Under the pieces are notes generated by a model. It was not told where the DNA came from and made no database searches. It saw only the letters and a list, made by a program, of their open reading frames with translations. Positions 24,056 to 33,598 of a stretch of DNA of 37,587 nt are shown here, in pieces. The stretch is from the NCBI GenBank assembly GCA_900617105.1, contig UYFQ01000202.1:62001-99587 (forward strand), read 5' to 3'. Source of the DNA: Hydrurus foetidus (lineage: Eukaryota). A program made the position numbers and the translations under genes. Position 1 is the stretch's first letter. The number at the start of each line of letters is the position of its first letter.

Positions 24056-25742
24056 TTACTTTTTAGCTGTGACATCATCAGGGTCAGGGTCAGGGTCCAT
24101 GGTAGTCAATTTATTATACTCTGCACGTGAGATTGCTTGAAGGAGACAATTATCTCGCTCATATTGTTGCTTTCTCATATTGAAAAACTCTTTAGCGGAC
24201 ACTGATGGCTTTTCTGTGACGAAGTCCTCTGCAATACCGATGCAATTGTCACAATCTTCAAAAATTTGGGCAAATTCTTCACCATGATATCTGAGCACTG
24301 CATCCTTCGTAACCTTCGGCGCGCGGACAACTTCAAACATATTTCCGCCATTAATCAGCTTGAGCGACTCGACCGCATTTTCCGTATTGATAATCAAGAC
24401 AAGCCTAAATGCATCAGTGTCACGACCTTTCTTCGCCAGTTTGTAGAATTCTACAAGGAATTTACCACGATATTTTCTCAGAAGCTCCTCGGCTTGATCG
24501 ACAATTATAATCGTAGGTTGCGGTTTGAGCAGTCGAGGAAGTCTTTTCCCAAATAAAGTGTAGAGGAAGAAACGGATTCTCTGTTCAACGTAACGCTTTA
24601 ATACCAAATCTAAGACAGATCCCATCGGGTCTTCTTTATTATTTGTTGCCAATTGGTTTTTTAACCAGTCGTCAATAGTAGCGTGCTTTTGATCGCCCTC
24701 CAAGAATAATCCTCGAGGTGGGAAGAAAAATCGGGACCACCAGGGGAACATTCCGTGGAGAATACTGTGAGAGATGAGTGTGGTCTTTCCAGAACGATTG
24801 TCACCAATTATTGCAACAGATCTATATGCCCCAATAATGTTCAACTTTTCTGTGCTATGACGAGGATAGTAAGTATCTATCTTTGAAACATTAAATTTCG
24901 GCAGTGACAGTAAAGACGACAGAAACTTATTCGTCGCTCTCTGGCGGTACTGCAACGCAGTAATGCTGAATAATCCAACAAATGCTAATCCAGCAACACC
25001 AACTGCAAGCTGGGCAATGTTAATACCAAGTGCAAATGAATCTTGCGCTGTAAATTGGAAAGATAGGGGAAGAAGTTAAATCAATTGTGTGATAGGAATC
25101 AAGTAGGCAAGGTATTAACGATAAAATGGGTTAGCGTAGTAAATTCGAGTGTCCGCAACTGGAACTGTAATATTGGAAAGATTAATGAAGAGTCAGTTCG
25201 CGCGGCGCAATGTTGACACGCGAAGAACTGGATTCGAGATTGACTAAACGCTGAATGTACAGGACACGACGCACACGGTTGTGCTTCACATATACATCGA
25301 TATTGGTTGTCCATATGACTGGAATTACCCAATTAAGTGGCATAAAGCCATACACTGACATCACTCCATGACAATTAAAATTGTCAAACAAATAAATGCG
25401 ATTCTATCATGAAGGAAACGGCGCACGAGGAAGACTTCAACATCGATATTGATCAACAAAACTACCTACTCCGGTCAACAGAAGAATTACGAATCTTTCG
25501 AATTATTTACCTGGGCTTTGTAGAGCTTTGAGCTCGATGACTAATTTTTCCTTGTCGAGGTTTATCCCGTCTTGGATTTTCTCCTCTTTCTTACGAATTT
25601 GCTCCTCCTTCTTGCGGAGTTGATCCTCTTTTTTACGGAGATACGCTGTGTCTGCATTAGGTTCGAGTAATGCTCTCTCAATAGCTGCTATTTGAACTTC
25701 CACAGCTTTTATTTCGCGACCAGCATTATCAAGGGCGTCCAT
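24056..25742 (-). CDS. Coiled-coil + transmembrane + P-loop NTPase (STAND/AAA-like), two exons: 25742-25511 and 25047-24056
   Basis: Exon 1 has an LRKKEDQLRKKEEQIRKKEE coiled coil. Phase-1 GT..AG intron 25510-25048 joins in frame to a hydrophobic helix (FALGINIAQLAVGVAGLAFVGLFSITAL), then Walker A GDNRSGKT and Walker B IIIVDQAEELL. Confidence 0.7.
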
Positions 25743-26096
25743 CTTTCGAGCAAGTGGTAAGATTTGTAATTCTTCTCGAGATCTTCCCAACGCACGTACG
25801 TGAAGCCACTGACTACAACGCTACACACGACACTCGGCTGGGAACAGCGACAGTGGATTGGAAACTGGAAACACTGGTGGAAACAGCGACACTCGACTGG
25901 GAACAGCGACGAACAGCGACACTCGAAACAGGTCAGGTTGACTTTTTCCCGTGAATTGTGGCCTTCGCTTTCACTCAGCGAGTGACTGATTGGGGCCTCT
26001 TTAATAACGTAGAGACTTGTTGGACGCCTGCCAAGGTAGGATAGGTTCTCTGGCACGGACGGGACTGATCGGCAAAACCGAGAAAACACTGTCGAC

Positions 26097-26376
26097 TGTC
26101 AGAAATCCACGGTTCAGGTAGCTGCGAAGCGTACGGGAACGTTCTGAGTCTCGTAAAATAACTAGGTGATAGTCAAGTACTTGTTATTTTAAAACTTGTG
26201 CGCGGCGTCCCTGTTCACCGTACACGAAGCTTAGTGTTCGCAACACTAACTAACTTATATATATACGCATATCGAATCACACATTCAAAGTGTAGTGCGT
26301 TACTTTCAGGCCTGAAAGTAACGTACGTAAGTACACCTCTCTACTAACACCAGCCCTACACACGTAATATCCAACA
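26097..26376 (-). repeat. 3' LTR (280 bp)
   Basis: Identical to 31116-31393 except for a 2-bp indel (TTATTTTAAAAC vs TTATTAAAAC). Confidence 0.97.
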
Positions 26377-26457
26377 CACCCCTAGGACTGGCGTTGTTTC
26401 ACACATTTCATTCAAACAGTATATAGCACGCATTGTCAGTGTAAGTAATATATCGCA

Positions 26458-29400
26458 TTACTTCCATCCCGTCAGACACTCTCTCTCATATATGAACTGC
26501 GACCCTTGTAACGGCTTAGTCAGTACGTTCGCGTACATCTCTTTAGTTCCTTTGTGCACCACGGTCGCCTCCTTCTTCTCCACCCGCTCTCGCAACCAGA
26601 AATATCTGATGGAGATATGCCGAGTTCTCTCAGCTCCAGATCTTCCCCTTTCCATGAGAGCCATACAGGACGTGTTGTCCTGGTATACCGTAATTGGCGG
26701 TACCCTGTGCCCTTGCGCCAGCAGGAAATTCCGGATGTACAACCCTTGATTCGCCGAGTCCGATAGAGCGATCAGCTCCGCTTCCGTGCTCGATTTAGTC
26801 ACAATGCTCTGCTTGCACGATTTACAGTGGACAGCTCCGACCTCTCCTATCACGACACAGCTCCCTGTGTGTGACTTGCCGTCGCCGTGCACCCCGTATG
26901 CGGCATCCACGTACAGCCGTACGCACACCCCCAATTTCCCCGGTCTCAGGATAACCCCTCTCTCCCTAGTGTACGCGATGTATTGCACCACCCGCTTCAA
27001 CTTCTCGACGTCATCCACGGTGCACTTCGTCACCCGAGTCGCAAGGAACGCAACTGCGGTAAGGCACTCCGGTCTCGCACGCTTCGCCAGATATGCGAGT
27101 TTGGCCACCACACTATGGAACCATGATCTTTGCGTTTCTGACACCAGTACCGCACCATCTCTGGTGTCGAACAGTCCACTGGTGGCAGGGCTTCTAGAGT
27201 GTCCAACGATCCCGCTGTACGCTATGACGTCCTCGACGTATCCCTGCATAGTCATTTTAACTTGTCCTCGAACGGATAGATCAAATACCATACCAAGATA
27301 ATTCAGCACGGGTCCGTCCGCAGACGTTATTTCCCCATACCTTTTCTTCATGAATCCCTTTAGGTCCATAATCATTTCCTCGCTTTCGCTTGTGATGATC
27401 AGGTCGTCGACGTGCACGGCCACCGTGCATTGCACTCCATTCGCATCCCTCTTATTGTAAACACATATCTCATATTCGTTTCTCTTAAAACCGGCGTCCG
27501 TCAGTGATGCAGATAGGTTATTATACCACAGTGCTGCAGACTCAACGCACCCGTACAGTGCTTTCTCGAGCCGTACCACCGTACATCCTCTGTCGTCCGT
27601 GTACGCGCCGTACGTTCCATCTAGCTCACCCAGCATGGCTGACATTGTCGGGTCTAGTCGCATATGCACAATTACCTTTCCCATCGTTGCATTTAGGAAT
27701 GCACCCCCGATGTCCATCACGCTGCCTTTCCTATTCTCATGCGCCGCTACCGCGAACACTGTCATCACCGCACTAGTCGACACTGTAGGCGAGGATATGT
27801 CATCGTATAAATCCTTGTCCTGCTGGTTGCCTCCAGCCACCAGTCTAGCTTTGAGCTTCTCAAACTTCCCCGTGGGGAGGTACTTCTCCTTAAGGAACAT
27901 CTGTGATCGGATGATGCCCCTCTTCTCTGTTACACTCAGCGACGACACACAATCCCATACTCTTTTGTCGAGCATCTGCTTTAATTCCTTCTTTATCACC
28001 CTCTTAGCTTCGTCACCCCTACTCTTGAGTGCTTCTTTCACCGAGATATTCATCACACGTTCTTCGGACACGCCTCCGCTCTGGTACGTACGATCAGCGT
28101 ACAGCGCCACGTCGTGATCACCGTATGTTCTCGAGAGATTTGTTCCAGCTCCCACGTCGAATCCCGTCGGCACGGCTGTGTATATAGGTGTTTGTACATT
28201 CCCTGGTGGGGTAACCGGCACCGCCGCGTCAGGATGATGATACGCTTCAGGTGCAGCCGGCCCGAACTCCTGGAGCTCCCCGACATCCAAGTCTTCCATA
28301 TTGAATTCTACACCCTGCACGATCGGCACATCGTAGTCTTCAGGGTATCCCATGATGTCGTTCACCATCGCTGGGTCGAATTGGTACTCCTCTCTCTCGC
28401 CCTCGTCCAGATCCAGCTGGGTGTAGGGGTTGGCCGTGACATCCGGGTCCAGGTTAGCCGCAGGATCTTGGGTCGGCCGTATGTACGTGGGTTCTTCAGC
28501 TCGTCGTAACCCTCCTTCACCGTCATATACCATCTTGGATCTACGCATCAGTTTCTTTCCTTCTGCCACTGCCATCTCGTTCAACCTTGTAATAACGTAA
28601 GACGGCATTGGTAGTATTTTAAATTGATCTCTCGTGATCAACTTACTAGTACTGATCGACATCATCTTTACTGATCCTGTTCTGTTCCCCGTTGGCAGCA
28701 TGACGATACAGTCTTCCGTCCTCGATTCCATAGAGTTATTGGTATTCGGCACGGTGCATTGGGCATATTCCCCGAATCCCGCCCTGAAGTCCATCTTCCC
28801 GTCCGTCTGTCTACCGGAGAACATCACTCGCGGGCTCTCTCCTGAGCCGCTGACCGACGAGACTTGGTAGTTCAACCTAGAGACACAAAACAGTACTAAC
28901 ATTGCCACGCCCAGGTATGTTAGAGTGAATGGTAGTTGACGAGCGATGTATGCTCGCAACCTTTCCTTTACCGTCTGTATCTTACGTTCGATTCTCGCCA
29001 CATGACCCCCTGCCCCGGAGATATCGACTTCTATACCTAACATGTTGAGGTCTTGCTTAATCTTCCCCACCGCCCCCTCACCGTCACTCATTATCATTCT
29101 CGTAACGAAGTTTCTGGAGGCCAGGGTCGCAACGAATCCGTCGATTCCCTTCTTTACGACGGCTGCCGACCTCGGACCCTGTGCTGAGTCGAATGCCGAC
29201 AGAGTCACAGCCATCGTTAGGTCCAACGGTGTGGCCAGTCCGATCAGAGACGGCACACCGTCTACAAACATCACATCAACCGACAAGACCTGTTCCACCT
29301 GCACCACAGCAGCACCCACTGTAATGTCTGCACAGATCGAGACTCTCTTCTTGGTTTTGCCCTTCATTGTTGCGATATCTTTCCCATATATATCCTCAGC

Positions 29401-29637
29401 TACAGCGAAGTCTCTAGCTGTCACGTCAAAGTTGGTACCGCGAGTCGCGATGTCGATGGCGTTTCTCACCGATGGGAATCCCATCTTAGCCAATAGCAGT
29501 CGTGCTCTGTCTGCCCCAGCGATCTCGCGCTTAGTATATCTCGTTAAGTTGTTCTCAACGGTTTCGATCATCGCATGATCGCTCGGCTCAGGGTAGGTCG
29601 TAGGCTCATCCTGCACCATCGTCTTCACATGACAACA
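26458..29637 (-). CDS. pol: Copia pol: integrase, reverse transcriptase, RNase H
   Basis: Integrase D-D-E (LSVDVMFV, SDGEG, IERKIQTVKER); RT (LKARLVAGG, KALYGCVESAALWY, VHVDDLII); RNase H (YVDAAY, SSTEAELIA, QDNTS, RHISIRY). In frame with the upstream gag-PR ORF. Confidence 0.95.
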   Translation of the reverse strand, partial: CCHVKTMVQDEPTTYPEPSDHAMIETVENNLTRYTKREIAGADRARLLLAKMGFPSVRNAIDIATRGTNFDVTARDFAVAEDIYGKDIATMKGKTKKRVSICADITVGAAVVQVEQVLSVDVMFVDGVPSLIGLATPLDLTMAVTLSAFDSAQGPRSAAVVKKGIDGFVATLASRNFVTRMIMSDGEGAVGKIKQDLNMLGIEVDISGAGGHVARIERKIQTVKERLRAYIARQLPFTLTYLGVAMLVLFCVSRLNYQVSSVSGSGESPRVMFSGRQTDGKMDFRAGFGEYAQCTVPNTNNSMESRTEDCIVMLPTGNRTGSVKMMSISTSKLITRDQFKILPMPSYVITRLNEMAVAEGKKLMRRSKMVYDGEGGLRRAEEPTYIRPTQDPAANLDPDVTANPYTQLDLDEGEREEYQFDPAMVNDIMGYPEDYDVPIVQGVEFNMEDLDVGELQEFGPAAPEAYHHPDAAVPVTPPGNVQTPIYTAVPTGFDVGAGTNLSRTYGDHDVALYADRTYQSGGVSEERVMNISVKEALKSRGDEAKRVIKKELKQMLDKRVWDCVSSLSVTEKRGIIRSQMFLKEKYLPTGKFEKLKARLVAGGNQQDKDLYDDISSPTVSTSAVMTVFAVAAHENRKGSVMDIGGAFLNATMGKVIVHMRLDPTMSAMLGELDGTYGAYTDDRGCTVVRLEKALYGCVESAALWYNNLSASLTDAGFKRNEYEICVYNKRDANGVQCTVAVHVDDLIITSESEEMIMDLKGFMKKRYGEITSADGPVLNYLGMVFDLSVRGQVKMTMQGYVEDVIAYSGIVGHSRSPATSGLFDTRDGAVLVSETQRSWFHSVVAKLAYLAKRARPECLTAVAFLATRVTKCTVDDVEKLKRVVQYIAYTRERGVILRPGKLGVCVRLYVDAAYGVHGDGKSHTGSCVVIGEVGAVHCKSCKQSIVTKSSTEAELIALSDSANQGLYIRNFLLAQGHRVPPITVYQDNTSCMALMERGRSGAERTRHISIRYFWLRERVEKKEATVVHKGTKEMYANVLTKPLQGSQFIYERECLTGWK

Positions 29638-31089
29638 TTAGAACCTCCCTTCACTTCCACTAACGTTCTTCCTACAGAACGAGTATACTCTCCGGCTCCC
29701 AGCCGGTTTGAGTATGAACCTGTCGTTCACCTTATCATAGCTCACGTCGTTGCCTCCGTCAACCATTACAGCATACGACAAGATGTTTGCTGTGGCTTCT
29801 TTGCTGAAGTAGCATCTCCCCACATCTAGGAAGTCTCCTTCCTGGTTTATTGCAACTCCAGACGCTTTGGCTTGAACCCCGTTCAGCACAACTTTCGTCT
29901 CCGATTGTCTCACATTGCTCAACAGCTCCCTATTGCAGAAAACGTTCACTGATGCCTGACTGTCCAGAAGCACATCGTCCCTTGAGAAAAGGACCCTTTC
30001 CACGGTTGTCACGTAGGCTATGTCCTCATCTTCCAGATCTTCCTCGCCATCGTCGCTACCCGACGGTCCTGATGCCAGAAACGCTTTCTCGCTGCCCTTC
30101 TTTTTCTTACAATCCCTGGCGTAGTGCCCTATCTTCCCGCACACGAAGCATTCCACAGTGGATTTGCTTTTCTTCTTCGTGTCGGGTTTGCCCTTTCCGG
30201 CAGGCTTCAGATCGTCGGCCTTGCCGGCATGGTCTGTGTCTGTTACCAGAGCAGAGTGGGTATCGGTATCTGTACCGGGTGGCCGTGAGAACCCTGGGTC
30301 GTTTGTCACATAACCGGTTGCAATGCGCACAGCGGCGATGACCGTCGGCGGGTATGCGTTTGGATCCAGTCTATTCGCTGCGTTGCGCATATCTCCCACC
30401 ATGTTCCCATATCTCGCCTTGTCCAATTTGTACACGAAATCCATTGCACGTTTGGACTCTGTGATTGCAGGGACCCCGGCACCTCTGCAAGCGAGTACCT
30501 GCGCTTCAAATCTAATCATGAAGTTAGCTAGATGTTCTCTTTCACCTTGTTTGAGGACCTCATAGCGACACTCTTGCTCTTTCACGTTGAGCAGTTGCAG
30601 GTGGTCTCCTTCGCCGTTAATGTGGATTAGATGGGTGCGTCTGATGAGATCCCACAGGATCACGCAGTCCTTGCTGATGTTTGCGGCCGCGTATTCGGCT
30701 TGTTCCTGCACCTTACACCGTGATGCGGGTGACATCTTCTGCCACATCAGAGACCAGATTTTGGCCTCGTCTTCTTTTGCTTGTATGATAGACTTCATAC
30801 GGGTCGTAAAGACCGTCTCTTTTAGTTTTGCAGTAAGTGCCGCGGTGATCGCCACGGCCTCCGGTTCCCCCTCCGCGGGTACCGGATACACCACTGTGAA
30901 ATCCTCGTTGCGAGGCAGTGGTGGTACATATCTGATGTTCGTCAGTAGGAAATTGGCAGTGAGCCCATACACGGCGCCCACTGACGTGCTCATTTCGAGA
31001 TTCCACGCTACGATGTTGTTGAATTTTCCTATGCGGAGCATGCATTCTGGTGTAGAATCTTTTGCTTCCGCTGCGCGTTTGGGCGGCAT
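29638..31089 (-). CDS. gag: Copia gag (CCHC zinc knuckle) plus aspartic protease
   Basis: Zinc knuckle CFVCGKIGHYARDC; protease LLDSQAS and ANILS motifs; ends at TAA 29638-29640. Confidence 0.93.
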   Translation of the reverse strand: MPPKRAAEAKDSTPECMLRIGKFNNIVAWNLEMSTSVGAVYGLTANFLLTNIRYVPPLPRNEDFTVVYPVPAEGEPEAVAITAALTAKLKETVFTTRMKSIIQAKEDEAKIWSLMWQKMSPASRCKVQEQAEYAAANISKDCVILWDLIRRTHLIHINGEGDHLQLLNVKEQECRYEVLKQGEREHLANFMIRFEAQVLACRGAGVPAITESKRAMDFVYKLDKARYGNMVGDMRNAANRLDPNAYPPTVIAAVRIATGYVTNDPGFSRPPGTDTDTHSALVTDTDHAGKADDLKPAGKGKPDTKKKSKSTVECFVCGKIGHYARDCKKKKGSEKAFLASGPSGSDDGEEDLEDEDIAYVTTVERVLFSRDDVLLDSQASVNVFCNRELLSNVRQSETKVVLNGVQAKASGVAINQEGDFLDVGRCYFSKEATANILSYAVMVDGGNDVSYDKVNDRFILKPAGSRRVYSFCRKNVSGSEGRF

Positions 31090-31115
31090 CTCTATGCTGT
31101 CCTCAAGTTTTAATA

Positions 31116-31393
31116 TGTCAGAAATCCACGGTTCAGGTAGCTGCGAAGCGTACGGGAACGTTCTGAGTCTCGTAAAATAACTAGGTGATAGTCAAGTACT
31201 TGTTATTAAAACTTGTGCGCGGCGTCCCTGTTCACCGTACACGAAGCTTAGTGTTCGCAACACTAACTAACTTATATATATACGCATATCGAATCACACA
31301 TTCAAAGTGTAGTGCGTTACTTTCAGGCCTGAAAGTAACGTACGTAAGTACACCTCTCTACTAACACCAGCCCTACACACGTAATATCCAACA
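31116..31393 (-). repeat. 5' LTR (278 bp) with TATA-like TATATATATAA
   Basis: Sense strand begins TGTTGG and ends CTGACA; TATA-like run at ~31272-31282. Confidence 0.97.
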
Positions 31394-31688
31394 TCGACTT
31401 TCACCGGCAATTCGTACAATTAATTCTTGGTCCATAAGGCCAAACCTTATAGCGCCACGGATTACGGATTTTTAATTGAAAACCGGTGATTTGTCGCCCC
31501 TCCAGACCCATATAGCGCAACGGAATCGTTTTTTGAATTTCGTATTGACCGATTTTGAGAATTCGAGACGGGATTTGGGCTCCTTCTTCGTAAGAGAGAA
31601 CTCGTTTGAAATGACGATATTTTGACCTAGGATGGCCTTGTATGGCCCAGGCAATCACATTCAAGTTACTTTTACCACCAATTTTTCA

Positions 31689-33404
31689 ATGGCGGTAGCA
31701 AAGCGGCAGTTGACGGACATCAGGTCCAAGCAGTTTTTGTTGATAGCTCGAGCGGGCATGTCCATCCCGGCGTATGAAATGACGCTGCCTCAGATTCATG
31801 TTAGAATTATTAAGCAATTCCACGAGCACATTTCTTCTTTCATCCAGCCGCCGTCCTTACGTCTTTTGTCCAAAGACAAGTACTTTCGTACTTGCAAATT
31901 TATGAACGATACATCTTTGCCTGATGATGAGCACGATGGAATTAGTCTCTGGAGGAAATTTGCCGATATTAAGAGATACGTGATCAATCAGATCACGCCA
32001 ATCTATGTGAAGTGCCTTGGCAAAGATGGTATTATTCCATCCGGGAAATCGAAAGAAGAAATTCTCTTCAAAACGCGACAGCTGCTGTTCCAGTCTGAAC
32101 AAGATACGGCGAAATCCAAATCCAAAAATCCTAGGGGCTATGTCATGAAGGATTTTACAGCCGATTGGTATCCTCAAGAATGGGAAGTCTTTCTCCTGTA
32201 TGGAGTAGCTTCTGAGAAGCCTGATAAGGCTTTCTATATCGAGTAAGTTATGTCATTGATGATTCCTCGCTACATCCTTTCCTAATTGTGATATCATTTT
32301 AATAGGCAATCTTCTGGTCCTGGCAATTCCTCTGCGGCTTCGTCCGTTGCTAAACCGACCAAGTCACAAAGCCGCAAGTCTCAAAGACACGTGCAAAGGA
32401 AAGAAGAGCTCAAGAAGGTCAACGTGGAGCTCAAGAAACCATCAAGCCATGACTTACTCATCGAGCAAGAATCGAAAGTTAATCTAAATAACTTGGCGAT
32501 CAATAAGGCAATGGTTGAGATGAAGCTTAGACAACAGGTAATTCAATTTGATGGATACATTCAAATACCCTATAATAACTTGTAATATTTTGTTCGCGCA
32601 TAGAGGATTGATGAACTCGAGAAGCTTCTGAAGCTGCCATTCCTACCGGAGGATTATCGGGAAGGATTACAAACAGAGTACATGGAGTACTTGTTACATG
32701 GCTGTCCTGGCATAGAGTACTATCAAACTATCAAGAAAGACATTCCAATTTATGAATACTTGGCTGATGAGGCATCTCCAATTACACCTGTCGCTGTGGA
32801 CGAAGCCATTCCCTTGGATACAAGTATTAGGTCAGGTGCTTCAAAAATTACACTTGAGAAGTATAACACCGATGCAGACACCGAGGATGAAGGAGACGAG
32901 GAAGTTGATGAAAGGAATCAAGAGGATGAAGACGAGGAATCCGAAGAAGGCGGACAAGAAGAGGAAGAGAAGCAAAGAGATAATGAGGAAGATGAGATGG
33001 AAGAGGAAGACGTTAAAAGTGAGGACGATGAAGTAGTTCAAGAGAAGCATGTAGTTGAGATGGAAAAAGGATTTGGTACCATTGAAAAAACAGCAAACAA
33101 CTCTCAGCCTGTCTTTACTCCATCTGAGGATACTCAAGACTCAATAGCGACATCATACGAGATGCATCAAGCACGTCGGCCGTATCAGGTTCCTATAACC
33201 AAACAATTTGTATTCAAGAAAATCTCAGGACCAACTATATCCACCTCGTCTAGCTCACAGAAATCATCCAGCTCGTCCAGCTCCGCTAGGGTAACAAGAG
33301 GTGCCTCAACTAAACGATCAAATACCGATGATATAGTAGATGAAAGCGATGACAATGTTTGCTATTTCACAACACAGAAAAGGTCCAAAAAAGGGAAGAA
33401 ATAA
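31689..33404 (+). CDS. Harbinger accessory (probably Myb/trihelix-like DNA-binding) protein; exons 31689-32242, 32306-32537, 32604-33404
   Basis: Two short GT-AG introns join ORFs 31632, 32391 and 32682 in frame; SLWRKF..IK and IPSGKS motifs; acidic tail and basic C-terminus; lies inside the TIRs. Confidence 0.75.
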
Positions 33405-33598
33405 TAGGATTTTAGAAAAAGTAATATTTTTTAATTCACAATAGTATGTCACATGATATCAATTAATGCTTTAGTAAGGTTTAGGAAGCTACTAGTCGAC
33501 GTAGGAGTTAAAATTACATTTTTTTTTAAAATTCGGTTATCAAGATTTCGTAATCATTTTACTGATTTTTGATTACAATATTTTTAATTTGTTGAATA

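Larger units (their letters stand above)
26097..31393 (-). mobile_element. Full-length Ty1/copia LTR retrotransposon with 5-bp TSD TCGAC (26092-26096 and 31394-31398)
   Basis: Two TG...CA LTRs, matching TSD, domain order gag-PR-IN-RT-RH, and a purine-rich AGGGGTG immediately before the 3' LTR on the minus strand. Confidence 0.97.

Noticed and set aside
22144..29640. Alternative genetic code with TAA read as sense, suggested by four in-frame TAA codons in viral and copia ORFs
   Set aside because: Neighbouring genes (21698, 23197, 24056, 26458, 33599) terminate at TAA, the implied residues differ (K/E/Q versus Y), and a probable frameshift nearby indicates ordinary decay.
26492..31180. Antisense ORFs within the copia element (similar shadows occur over the DDT gene and the transposase)
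   Set aside because: They are shadows of GC-rich coding sequence on the opposite strand with no independent motifs.
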